Assembly (NCBI GenBank): GCA_030390025.1
Contig: CM059432.1
Span: forward strand, 90,894,001-90,958,000
Length of the DNA: 64,000 bases
Direction: 5' to 3'
From: Squalus acanthias
Lineage: Eukaryota
In this document: in pieces, positions 1 to 11,159 of the stretch
Layout: every line of letters starts with the position of its first letter
Numbering within the stretch: position 1 is the first letter of the stretch
Translations under genes and position numbers: made by a program
Notes under the pieces: generated by a model
Seen by the model: the letters and a program-made list of their open reading frames with translations, nothing else
Database searches by the model: none
Told to the model about the DNA's origin: nothing

Positions 1-16
1 AAACACAGTTATTGAG

Positions 17-390
17 GTGAGCTGGAGACTCCATTTCCTCCTTTTCTTCATCTGCATGCTGTCCCTGGGTGACATCACCAATATGCACAGGGTCAGCTTT
101 CATAGGTATGCTGGCAACACTCAGCTCTATCTCTCCACCACTTTCATAGACCACACAATGTCCTCTGTGCTGACAGGCAGCCTACCTAATATTAAGTCAT
201 GAAGGATCCAGTATTCCTCCGGAAAACTAAAGCCATCTTATACAGCTACCTCCAAAAACTCTGCCTTCCTACCACTGACTCATTCGCTATTCCTTACTGC
301 TCGCTCAAGCTGAATCAGAATGTATGAAACCTCAGTGTTCTGTTTGATCCAGAGCTCAGTTTCAAACTTCTTATCCTATCCAGTATCAAA
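17..390 (+). mobile_element. Decayed L2-clade LINE reverse transcriptase fragment
   Basis: Translation VSFHRYAGNTQLYLST resembles the L2 RT motif FH.YADDTQLYLS; downstream NLSVLFDPELSF-like sequence; stops present; boundaries approximate. Confidence 0.55.
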
Positions 391-880
391 ACTGCTTACC
401 TCTGTTAGGAATATGAACTTTGTAATATTATAGACAAAGGCTGCAGTTCTGCATCTATATGCCAAGCATGAGTTCAATACACAGTCAAACATTTGAAGGT
501 TAAATGAACAGATATACTCACAGCCAACATCGAGATTCCGTAAGATACGGTCATGGAAGAGCACGTTAAAGTCAGTTGAGAACAACTGTCTATCTCTTCT
601 TCCAACTTCTTCCCCTTTCTCATATCTTCCCACCTGTGGTTATGATCTCACTTCATTTATACTGTTTGTAGACTGCACTAATCTATAGGTCTTTGCATTC
701 ATAACCTTTTACCCACTTTCAGTGTCAGTCCCTATCAAGATTCTCCAGGCCTGCTAATTATAATGGTCCCAAAATTGCACAGAAAGCATTGATGTTTGGG
801 TTAGCAAGACATAAAAACCTTATAAACATGTGCCAGCTGGCCTCAAAGAATGCTGTAATTGATCTTTGTACAGACATAAT

Positions 881-1623
881 GGCCCAAAAATTAGTCCCGC
901 GACGCGAGAGTACGCACTGCATACTCTCGCGTATTCTGTCACCAATTGCCGGTTTTCTGCATGCACTGCGCATGCGCTGAAAACCGGCACTTGGTTTTTG
1001 GAAAAGGGGGCGGTTCCTCGGTGCACCGCGTGCGCGCTACAGGCTGCGTGCACGCTGTGCACTTAGTGCTTTGGACGCGCAGGTAAGGACGGAAGATTTT
1101 AGAAATGAAAAAAGGAGGAGTAAGACCCACTTTTAACAAGGTAAGTAGTGAATTAAGTATTATTTTGAATTTTTTTTAACAGGTATATCTTTTTTAGAGA
1201 CTTTAAAGACAGGTAAGTTTGTTTTTATAACTTTTTAAAAGATTTTAAATTTTTTCAAAAATTTAATTTTTTATTTAAAATGGTTAATTTATTTAACTAT
1301 ACTTATTTTATTAATGTGATGGTTTTTTTTTAAATTTAATTGAGGGTTAGCTGTTATTTTGGGGGGGTGTAAGATTCATAGCTTTCACAGCACTTATGTG
1401 AAACTTATGAATGGAAGATGGTGTGCTGCCATTGGCTCTAACTGAGTCACGTGATCCCACAGCTCGCACGAATTCACTACGCCAGTGGGATACGCAAGCA
1501 CTGCCCAGCTGATGTCTAGAACATCAAGTTCGTGCGAGCTGGATCTGAAAAAGCCAACGCGGAGTGAGAGATCGCGGGGAAACCTTACCCCCGCGTCAAC
1601 ACTCAGTCTTTAATTTCTGGGCC
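881..1623. mobile_element. Harbinger-type MITE (non-autonomous)
   Basis: TIR GGCCCAAAAATT / AATTTCTGGGCC, 3-bp TSD AAT on both sides, CpG-rich subtermini, AT-rich core. Confidence 0.75.
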
Positions 1624-1785
1624 AATGTCAGTTGCTTTTGCAGTCTTTCAGTCATTGGCCTAGAAATTCGTGGCCGCCACAAAAGCTGCCGGTGCCACCG
1701 CGGCCGGGGGTTAACGGCCGCCGAAAATGGTGGCACTAACATGACTGAAAAATTGGCACTAGGGACTAATTATCATTAGCCCAGC

Positions 1786-1898
1786 GCTCTCTCCTCGCTC
1801 TCTTAGGCAGTCCCACGGAACCGAGGATGACTTGCTTCCACGCTAAAAATGAGTTCTCAGGTGACTGATGAGTCCAATGCAGTCTCTGTCACAGGTGC
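1786..1898 (-). mobile_element. RTE-clade LINE 3' end fragment
   Basis: Minus strand GTGGAAGCAAGTCATCCTCG...GGGACTGCCTAAGAGAG resembles an RTE 3' terminus with GA-rich tail; absent from the homologous copy near 34400. Confidence 0.5.
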
Positions 1899-3142
1899 TT
1901 CAGAGACATGGACCATGTACAGCAGGCACCTCCAAGCCCAGCGCTAAACTCACAATGCAACACCGTCCTGGGGGCGTTGGTCCTGCCTGCAGGTTCCAAT
2001 GTGGCATGCCCAAGCGGCATTGCTGCTTCAACAACCTCTGAAAGCGAGGCTGTGATTTCGCAAAGCATTGTGGGATTCTTAAAAGGGAAATGCATTGTCA
2101 TTTTCTTAAAAGGGCAATGCCTTCTGAAATGATAAAAAATAAAAATGATGTAAAAATATGCAGTTTTTAGTTTACAGCTCAACTGCCTTCTGAAAAAAAT
2201 TAACATTAAAAAGAATTCCCAAATGGGAGTCTTCAGCTCTTAAGGTTAAATTCCCATCCACAGCTAAAAAAAATGGGAAAAGTGCTTCAGCACTAACACA
2301 AATGGCTCAGCAAGCCAGGTAAGGGGCATCCAGGGTCTTGCATGCAGCACTCCAGCTTTGTGCAAGGGGTCAACACTACAAGAGAGATCTTCTACCCACA
2401 GGGGCCAGGAGGTCCTCCAGAAAGAAGGATGTGGGACCAGATCGCTGAGGCCGTCACTGCCAGCAGTGTCGCCCCCTCGACCTGGCTCCAGTGCTCAAAG
2501 AAGCTTCATGACCTCAGACCAGTGGTCAAGGTCAGTGAATGCATCTTCAAAAGCTGTCTCCTACCAACTGCACCACTAGCCTCACACACTTCTCAATGCA
2601 CGACTCCGTCCCCCTGCCAATCACTCATCTACCAACAATCTGCACCAATCACGAGGCACACCTCCCATTCCGAGCTTCACCTCACCCCCTTGGAGGAGAC
2701 GGTGCTGGCCATTCTTGGCAGAGGCATGGCTGAGCCCTTGGCCAGCGTCAGGGCTGAAAGGATACAAGATGCTGGTATCCTCATACATTATTCTCCTTCT
2801 CGCATGTACCTCTTACTTTCCTGCCCTCCCCTCACCACAACTCCACCTTTGTGCCTTCCTCATTTCACACACACAAATGCAGCCTGGACAGCCAGTGGGT
2901 GACCATGAAGAGGGAGAGGAGAGTGAAGAAGAAGAAACAGAAACACCGTCACTCGATTTGACACTCCCAGCCATCAGCTCCTCAAGGTCGACCAGCAAGG
3001 CCATTTGCAGTGTCCCCCACTGAAACTGAGCAGCCTTCCACCAGCCATGCTACAGCCGCTGGGGTAGCACTGTGTGACATCAGTAGGATAAAAATGAGAA
3101 GTCGCACAACACCAGGTTATAGTCCAACAGATTTATTTAATT

Positions 3143-3181
3143 TTACAAGCTTTCGGAACAGTTCGCTCCTTCGTCAGGTAA
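3143..3181 (-). ncRNA. Minimal hammerhead ribozyme motif (Penelope pLTR), mirror copy
   Basis: Minus strand: ttac-CTGACGA-aggagcgaactgttcc-GAAA-gc-TT-gtaa. Confidence 0.65.
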
Positions 3182-3902
3182 GTTAGCAGTGAGAGAATCT
3201 CCCAGAATTCACAATTTAAACACAGACAAAATATATTCAAATCTTTCCTACATCAAAGAGCACAGCCAAGACAATGAGATGTGTCCCAGGGGGTCCAATG
3301 TGTCAAACCACCTGCTGGCTGCATATCCTGTCAATCTGTGTAGGTTCTTGTGTTAGTCTTTTTAAAAAAATCACCTGGGAAGACCGGCCATGATGTCAAG
3401 TCACGTTCTGTATCGTGACATGAACCCGATATCGCGATTGAGTGCGGAACTTGGCTATCAGTTTCTGCTCTATGATTTTGCACTGTTGTGTATCTCGAAG
3501 GCCGCCTTGGAGAACGCTTACCCGCATATCCGAGGCTGAATGCCCCTGGCTCGGATATGCGGGTAAGCGTTCTCCAAGGCGGCCTTCGAGATACACAACA
3601 GTGCAAAATCATAGAGCAGAAACTGATAGCCAAGTTCCGCACTCAATCGCGATATCGGGTTCATGTCACGATACAGAACGTGACTTGACATCATGGCCGG
3701 TCTTCCCAGGTGATTTTTTTAAAAAGACTAACACAAGAACCTACACAGATTGACAGGATATGCAGCCAGCACGTGGTTTGACACGTTGGACCCCCTGGGA
3801 CATATCTCATTGTCTTGGCTGTGCTCTTTGATGTAGGAAAGATTTGAATATATTTTGTCTGTGTTTAAATTGTGAATTCTGGGAGATTCTCTCACTGCTA
3901 AC

Positions 3903-3941
3903 TTACCTGACGAAGGAGTGAACTGTTCCGAAAGCTTGTAA
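3903..3941 (+). ncRNA. Minimal hammerhead ribozyme motif (Penelope pLTR)
   Basis: ttac-CTGACGA-aggagtgaactgttcc-GAAA-gc-TT-gtaa; stem I ttac/gtaa, stem II ggag/ttcc, palindromic AAGCTT in place of helix III. Confidence 0.65.
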
Positions 3942-4370
3942 AATTAAATAAATCTGTTGGACTATAACCTGGTGTTGTGCGACTTCTCATTTTTGTCCAC
4001 CCCAGTCCAACGCCGGCATCTCCACATCATCAGTAGGATAGGCAAAGGCACACACAAGACAGTCACTAAGGGAATGCATAAGGGTGATGAGTTGATTTCT
4101 TGATGTCATATTGGATGGATAGATGTATAAAATTGGATTGGAAAGTTTGCTTTGTGGTGGCTTTTATTTCAGCCAAGAGGACGCTGTGATGGTCAGCAAC
4201 AGAGGTAAGGTAAGGTGTGGGACAAATTTTGAAAGGGGAATTGGGTTTGTAGTCACTGGTACCGTAGGCGGATCATTCCATCCCGGATACCCCGGCCAGA
4301 AAGGGGCTGTCTGGGTTGCATCCTTCCTTCTGCGTCTTCCCCTTCTGCTTCTTCCTCTTCCCTCTGCGAG

Positions 4371-4512
4371 TGGATGCTGTAAATCTGAAATAAAAGCATA
4401 AAATGCTGGAAATAGTCAGTAGGTCAGGCAGCATCTCAACCTGAGATGTGAACTCTGTTTCTCTCTCCACAGATGTTGCCTGACTTGCTGAGTATTTCCA
4501 GCATTTTCTGTC
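4371..4512. mobile_element. Short hairpin fragment of Penelope family B 3' end embedded in the Harbinger derivative
   Basis: Matches the 3' UTR at 14472-14570, with an internal inversion; same fragment at the homologous position 32985-33127. Confidence 0.7.
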
Positions 4513-4780
4513 TTCTCAGAGGCCTTACTTTGCCATCCGAGGCCTTGCAAGCATCCAGCAGCACTCCCTGCACACTTAAAAAACTTTTAACATGTTTTGC
4601 ACCAAGCCACTACCTCAATAAAATAAAAAAAATCCAGTCCAAAGCTTAAATGCAAACTTGCCTGAAAGATGTGTGTGTCCCTTTAAGAGCCATGATGCGG
4701 AGATGCCGGTGTTGGACTGGGGTGGACAAAAATGAGAAGTCGCACAACACCAGGTTATAGTCCAACAGTTTTATTTGAAA

Positions 4781-4817
4781 TTACGAGCTTTCGGAGCGCT
4801 GCTCCTTCGTCAGGTAA
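4781..4817 (-). ncRNA. Minimal hammerhead ribozyme motif
   Basis: Minus strand ttac-CTGACGA-aggagcagcgctcc-GAAA-gc-TC-gtaa. Confidence 0.7.
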
Positions 4818-5035
4818 AGTGAGGGAATACAAATCAGTTACAAAGCAATGTGTCTGCAGAGATACAATCAGTCAGGAAGGAATTACATCAAAGACACAGC
4901 AGAATACAGCTAAGACAATGAGGTGGGTCACAGGGGGTCCAACGTGTCAAATGCTGCAGTCTGCAGTTAAGCTTTTTACTTTTTTTTTAAAACTGGAAAT
5001 CACATCTGTGACCAAGACAACGACGACTCTAGACT

Positions 5036-6398
5036 CTACGTCCTGTAGCGTGACATGAAACCGAGATCCCGGTTGAGGCCGTCCTCATGGGTGCGGTACT
5101 TGGCTATCAGTTTCTGCTCGATGATTTTGCGTTGTGTGTCTCGAAGGCCGCCTTGGAGAACGCTAACCCGCAGATCCGAGGCTGAATGTCCTTGACTGCT
5201 GAAGTGTTCCCCGACTGGGAGGTAACAATCCTGCCTGGCGATTGTTGTGCGGTGTCCGTTCATACGTTGTCTCAGTGTCTGCATGGTCTCGCCGATGTAC
5301 CATGCTGCGGTGCATTCTTTCCTGCAACGTATGAGGTAGACAACGTTGGCCGAGTCACATGAGTATGTACCATGTACCTGGTGGGTAGTGTCCTCACGTG
5401 TGATGATGGTATCTGTGTTGATGATCTGGCATGTCTTGCAGAGGTTGCCGTGGCAGGGTTGTGTGGTGTCGTGGTCGCTGTTCTCCCGACAGCTGGGTAA
5501 TTTGCTGCGAACGATGGTATTTTTGAGGATAGGCGGCTGCTTGAAGGCGAGTAGTGGAGGCGTGGGGATGGCCTTAGCAAGGTGTTCGTCGTCATCGATG
5601 ACATGTTGAAGGCTGCGAAGAACATGGCGTAGTTTCTCCGCTCCGGGGAAGTACTGGACGACGTAGGGTACTCTGTTGGTTGTGTCCCGTGTTTGCCTTC
5701 TGAGGAGGTCTATGCAATTTTTCGCTGTGGCCCGTCGGAACTGTCGATCGACGAGTCGAGCGTCATATCCTGTTCTTACGAGGGCGTCTTTCAGCGTCCG
5801 TAGGTGGCCATCGCGTTCCTCCTCGTCTGAGCAGATCCTGTGTATTCGCAGGGCTTGTCCATAGGGGATGGCTTCTTTAACGTGGTTAGGGTGGAAGCTG
5901 GAGAAGTGGAGCATCGTGAGGTTGTCCGTGGGCTTGCGGTAGAGTGAAGTGCTGAGGTGTCCGTCTTTGATGGAGATTCGTGTGTCCAAGAATGAAACCG
6001 ATTCTGAGGAGTAGTCCATGGTGAGTTTGATGGTGGAATGGAACCTGTTGATGTTATCGTGTAGTCCTTTCAGTGATCCTTCGCCGTGGGTACAAAGGAA
6101 GAAAATGTCGTCGATGTATCTGGTGTACAGCGTTGGTTGGAGGTCCTGTGCAGCGAAGAAGTCTTGCTCAAACTTGTGCATGAAGATGTTGGTGTATTGG
6201 GGTGCGAATTTGGTCCCCATGGCTGTTCCGTGTGTTTGGGTAAAAAACTGGTTGTCGAAGGTGAAGACATTGTGGTCAAGGATGAAGCGGATGAGTTGTA
6301 GGATGGCGTCTGGAGATTGGCTGTTGTTGGTGTTGAGTACTGAGGCTGTCGCAGCGATGCCGTCATCGTGGGAGATACTGGTGTAGAGTGCCGATACG
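5036..6398 (-). pseudogene. Penelope RT (C-half) + Cys linker + GIY-YIG endonuclease, 5'-truncated but open
   Basis: GTAMGTKFAP, RYIDDIFF, FLDT, YRKPTD; PCHGNLCKTC linker; VVYLIRC...YIGET GIY-YIG motif; ORF track 5036-6220, frame continues upstream to the truncation point. Confidence 0.9.
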
Positions 6399-6769
6399 AG
6401 TGCCTTTAAGAGGTGCTGACAGCGTCTTTGTCAGTCTGCTGAACGCTGCGTTTTCCTGGTGAGCTTAGGACCCAGTGCAGAACTTAGCGCTAAGGTCCAA
6501 GTTCACTGACGTGACATTAAGTCGGCATGCACGTCACCCTCTCTTAATTTACATTTCCAGGGCTGGTGCTGCTATCGAAAGCGCTAAGGTCCTCACCAAA
6601 ATGGCAGCCGCCATTTTTCGACCAGATCATGGCAAAAACTCGTAAGTGGGCCAATTTCTAGGCCTTAGATTTTTCAACTATGAAGTTTAATATAAAATGG
6701 AAATTAATATAAATGAATTATTTTCATACACGATGGATTTCTTTGCTAACTCTTAATCTTGATCTCTAA

Positions 6770-7220
6770 CATCTTCACAACATCACCACCCTACACACCT
6801 ACCTCACCCCCACTATTGCCAAAACCCTTATCCACAACTTTTGTCAGCTCTAGCCTTATTTCTCCAAAAACCTACTTGCCAGCCTCCTGATCTCAACTCT
6901 CCACAAACTCCCTAAACTCTGTCACCCATCCTATCCCACACTATATCCTACCTACCCATCACTGCCATCCTTGTTGACCTATGCTGGCTCCCTGTCTCCT
7001 AATGCATCAAAATTTTAATCTTCATCTATAAATCCTTTCATGGCCTCTGCAGTCTCATCCAGCCTTACGTTCACTTCCAAGGGGGTTGCATTTTAAAAGT
7101 AAGGAGGTCTTGCTGCAATTATATAGGGCTTTGGTGAGACCACACCTCGACTACTGTGTACAGTTTTGGTCTCCTTACGATGGGCCGAATGGCCTCCTTC
7201 TGTGCTGTAAATTTCTATAA
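6770..7220 (+). mobile_element. Decayed L2 fragment (about 6770-7070) followed by a deleted CR1 fragment (about 7085-7220)
   Basis: L2-like LIHNF..SSL and HITAILVDL.WLPV remnants; CR1-like [18 protein letters not shown] plus 3' tail atgggccgaatggcctccttctgtgctg. Confidence 0.55.
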
Positions 7221-7330
7221 TGCTCACTCAAGAAACCTAGTTTAGCAAATGATTGTTAACTCTGCTTCTAAGCTTCTGTATACAAGTGAGACCGTGATCC
7301 TCTACCTTTCATGTAGCAGCCTACATTTTC

Positions 7331-8735
7331 ATGATGGTTGTGGCTGTTGGAGGTCAATCATCTCAGCCCCAGGACATTGCTGCAGGAGTTCCTCAGGGCA
7401 GTGTCCTAGGCCCAACCATGTCCAGTTGCTTCATCAATGACCAACCCTTCATCATAAGGTCAGTGGTGGGAATGTTCACTGATGATTGCACAGTGTTCAG
7501 TTCCATTTGCAACTCCTCAGACTCCTGCAGCAATGTCCTGGGGCTGAGATGATTGACCTCCAACAGCCACAACCATCTTCCTTTGTGCTAGCTATGACTC
7601 TAGCCAGTGGAGAATTTTCCCCGATTCCCATTGACTAGGGCTCCTTGATGCCACACTCGATCAAATGCTGCCTTGATGTCAAGTGCAGTCACTCTCACCT
7701 CACCTCTGGAATTCAGCTCTTTTGTCCATGTTTGGACCAAGGCTGTAATGTAGGCTGGAGCCAAGTGGTCCTGGCGGAACCCAAACTGAGCATTGGTGAG
7801 CAACTGATGATACATGCTTTGGTTTAGTCAAGTTGTTCCCTCTCACTAATCTATAACTGGTCTGACAGTTGTGGTATCTCCTTTCAGGAAGTGAGATTAC
7901 TAGAATAACCAAGAACCATGGCTCGTAAGGCCAATACAGAGTTAGCAGAATAACCTTTGGTGTCTCAGCTCTGATTTTCTGCGATACACTAGTGTTCAAG
8001 ATAAATGGAGGAACAGACAAAATGAAGCAGTCCGTGCCTGCACACAGCAAGACCTGGACGATATTCAGGCTTAGGTTGATAAGTGGCAAGTAACATTCGC
8101 GCCACACAAGTGCAAGGCAATGACCATCTCCAACGAGAGAGAGTCTACCCACCGCCCCTTGAGATTCAATGGCATTACCATCGGCGAATCCCCCACCATC
8201 AACATTCTGGGGGTCACCATTGACCAGAAACATAACTTGCCCATATAAGTGTAGCTCCAACAACACTCAAGAAGCTCGACACCATCCAGGACAAAGCAGC
8301 CCTCATGATTGGCACCCCATCCACCACCTTAAGCATTCACTCCCTCCACCACCGATGCACCGTGACCGCAGTGTGTACCATCTACAAGATGCACTGCAGC
8401 AACTCACCAAGGTTTCTTCGACAGTACCTCTGAAAACCGCAACCTCTACCACCTAGAAGAACAAGGGCAGCAGGCGCTTGGGAACACCACCACCTCCAAG
8501 TTCCCCTCCAAGTCACACACCATCCTGACTTGGAAGTATATCGCCGTTCCTTCATCGTCGCTGGGTCAAAGTCCTGGAACTCCCTCCCAAACAGCACTAT
8601 GGGAGTACCTTCACCACACAAACTGCAGCAAGTTCAAGGCGGCTCACCACTACCTTCCCAAGGGCAATTAGGGATGGGCAATAAGTGCTGGTCTTGCCAG
8701 CGACGCCCACATCCCATGAATGAATTTTAAAAAAA
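7331..8735 (+). mobile_element. CR1/L2-group LINE 3' portion with internal inversion
   Basis: GVPQGSVLGP and FTDDCT RT motifs; 7521-7808 is an inverted upstream segment; sequence resumes near 8020; 3' tail caagggcaattagggatgggcaataa...catgaatgaat(A)n. Confidence 0.75.
7815..8015 (-). mobile_element. DIRS-like retrotransposon fragment
   Basis: PPFILNTSVSQKIRAETPKVILLTLYWPYEPWF resembles the DIRS1 pol C-terminal motif FPP..LI..VL.KI.......IL.AP.WP..PWF. Confidence 0.6.
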
Positions 8736-8744
8736 GTAGTAGAT

Positions 8745-8910
8745 AGCCAACTTGACCTATATGTAACTCTAGTCCCACACCAATGTGGTTGACTCTACTC
8801 TTAGCAAGGCACTTAGTTGTATCAATAACTCCTTATCAAGGGCAACTAGAGATGGGCTATAAATGCCAGCCTTGCCAGCAACACCCATATCCCGAGAATG
8901 AATGAATTGA
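8745..8910 (+). mobile_element. 3' part of a SINE sharing the tail of the adjacent LINE
   Basis: Similar to 30050-30200 (gacctat.tgt.actc.ag.cccaca ... caagggcaa.tag.gatggg..ataaatgcc.gccttgcc). Confidence 0.55.
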
Positions 8911-9905
8911 AATTGTAAGGGGCATTTATTAACAACACCATCATTTGGTAAGCACCCACACCTGCTCCCTATTAGAATTTGTCAGAATGGCAGGGAAGGG
9001 GTGGTAATCTGGCAGAAATGGCTTTTCCCACAAATTTCTCTCCCCCCCCCCCGCCCTGTATAGCGCTAACCCCACACCCCATACAAGTCAGAATTTATAG
9101 ACCCCTATGTTTATTGTTGTGGCTTCAGCCATTTGCCCACCAATATGATGGTCAAGTAATAAAATCATTGGAGATTTTACACAGGGTAACAGTTGCAATT
9201 TTGCTTTTAGTAAATAATGCCTTGGTGTGTGACCTGAGTCAGCCTTTGATTGATGACCTCAGTCTTCAGTGGTAACTGTGGCAGTGCACTGTTGTCCATA
9301 CTCCATTCCTAGCTAGAACAACAGAAAGACTGATGTTTGCTGCAATGTAAAGAATATCATCTTCACAGCAGTACCTAAAGAGGATCCAAATTCCACATCC
9401 CTTCATTTCTTTTCCTGCTCAAAATCAGATCCAAAGATACCTGCACATCACATCCATGTCATCAGCACAGCAATGTGTGTGTTGACATCACGGATTTGAT
9501 GTGCACCAATCTTTTAATCTGATTTTTGATAAGAAAACAATGGGAAATTACACAGGCTTTTTTCTCAAGTTTGGGAGGAAATTGTTTTTTTTTTAATTGA
9601 TTCATCCACCTAAAAAAAAATCCACAAATTTATCAGTGGAAATTGACAAAAACTGATTTTTATGATGCCTATGCATTATAATCAATAAATGGAGCACTTT
9701 ACAGGATTGTAATGTAACTTTAAGGTGCAGATGATGGATATAAATTAACCAACCTTTGCACAGGCGATCGACTACATCATCTGAGCCCTTTAATCACACC
9801 TACAGCTAGTCAATGACTTCCTGTTATCTTATTCTACATACTGTATATAACTGAATGTGAGAAGTCGCACAATACCAGGTTATAGTCCAACAGCTTTATT
9901 TGAAA

Positions 9906-9942
9906 TCACAAGCTTTCGGAGCGCTGCTCCTTCGTCAGGTGA
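9906..9942 (-). ncRNA. Minimal hammerhead ribozyme motif, mirror copy
   Basis: Reverse complement of 10367-10403. Confidence 0.65.
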
Positions 9943-10366
9943 AGTGAAGAGATGCATATAGGCACAGCATATATAGTCAGAGAACACTGCCAGATGATTA
10001 CAGTTAATCTTTCTAACTGTCATGCTACATGTAACCCCACCTGACGTAGAGTCATCCAGACTCGAGTCGTCGTTGGCTTGTTCTCTCTACACAGATGCGG
10101 CCGGACCTGCTGTGATTTCCAGCAAAAAAAGTTTTTTGTTTTCCATCCAGACCCCAGCATCTGCCACATTTGACCCCTTGTGACCCCACCTCAATGTCTT
10201 TGATGTAATGTTTTCCTGACTGACCTGTTTGGACACCATCCACACCTTTGATTGCCGTGATTATCTCTCTGCCGAGGTGTGATAAAGGGCAGTTAGAAAG
10301 ATTAACTGTAATCATCTGGCAGTGTTCTCTGACTATATATGCTGTGCCTATATGCATCTCTTCACT

Positions 10367-10403
10367 TCACCTGACGAAGGAGCAGCGCTCCGAAAGCTTG
10401 TGA
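10367..10403 (+). ncRNA. Minimal hammerhead ribozyme motif
   Basis: tcac-CTGACGA-aggagcagcgctcc-GAAA-gc-TT-gtga; stem I tcac/gtga, stem II ggagc/gctcc. Confidence 0.7.
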
Positions 10404-11159
10404 TTTCAAATAAAGCTTTTGGACTATACCCTGGTGTTGTGCGACTTCTCACATTTGTCCACCCCAGTCCAACACCGGCATCTCCACATCATATATAACT
10501 GAAGATAGCTCTATAGAGTTACATTTGATAATACAGAATATATCAGAAGATTAAGCTCACAACAATTGAACAAAAGCTTCAACTTGGAAAGTGTTTACTG
10601 TAACTAAGAAATGTTAGCATGTTTGGCCAACTCTGGGGTTGAAATTAATCTCTCGATAAAAATCCTAAAGCAAACAGCAGCTTGACCAAACTAACAGAAT
10701 GACACATTTTATTGTTCCATTACTTCATGAACACTCAAGAGTACCAAATATGCTCAGTTTAACATAGAATTGTATTGGATATTGCCTTCACAGCTATGTA
10801 TATTTAACAGTAGCTATAATGTATTGGTCTTTTCCTGTGAAATCAGTAGCCATGCAGTGACTTGATACACAAAGAGTAATTTACCTTTGATCTTATATTA
10901 TTGCCACAACTCCAGCGAGTGTGCCTGCCACTTAACTCCAGATGAAGAAGGTTTTCTCCAAAGTCAAGCAGAACCAAAAAGCCAGATCTATTCGAAGGTT
11001 GACACTCTAATCCACTTACTTCTCTATTCACACATGCAAGCCAGAGTCACCGTAGTTTCATTTTCAACCACAATTTCTTCAAAGAACTCATTTGTAAAGA
11101 TCAAATCCCAATTTCTGGGTCCAATTTCCAAAATTGCCAGCCCCACCACTATTCACTAT

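Larger units (their letters stand above)
3091..4030. mobile_element. Fold-back Penelope-like insertion (family A): inverted pLTR plus 36-nt tail
   Basis: Palindrome 3090-3994 with 15-nt loop 3535-3549; encodes GIY-YIG C-terminus (SDMRVSVLQGGLRDTQQCKIIEQKLIAKF); TSD (CAT)CAGTAGGATA at 3078-3090 and 4028-4040; empty site seen in the paralog near 33490. Confidence 0.9.
4690..6402 (-). mobile_element. 5'-truncated Penelope-like retrotransposon, family A (Neptune-type)
   Basis: RT + GIY-YIG ORF, 3' UTR with hammerhead motif, TSD CCTTTAAGAG at 4680-4689 and 6403-6412. Confidence 0.9.
1657..6664. mobile_element. Non-autonomous Harbinger derivative with Myb-gene remnant, hosting RTE and Penelope insertions
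   Basis: TIR GGCCTAGAAATT at 1657 and AATTTCTAGGCC ending 6664; Myb-like remnant (WDQIAEAV...WLQCSKKLHDL) in ORF 2342-2902; homologous in inverted orientation to 32819-34560; flanks ATT/TTA are not a clean TSD. Confidence 0.7.
9856..10492 (+). mobile_element. Penelope family A 3' end with inverted 5' arm (fold-back)
   Basis: Arms 9854-10019 and 10290-10455; 36-nt tail 10457-10492; TSD TATATAACTGAA at 9844-9855 and 10492-10503. Confidence 0.9.

Noticed and set aside
3331..3753. Pairs of near-identical ORFs on opposite strands
   Set aside because: A direct consequence of the palindrome; only the GIY-YIG tail frame is meaningful
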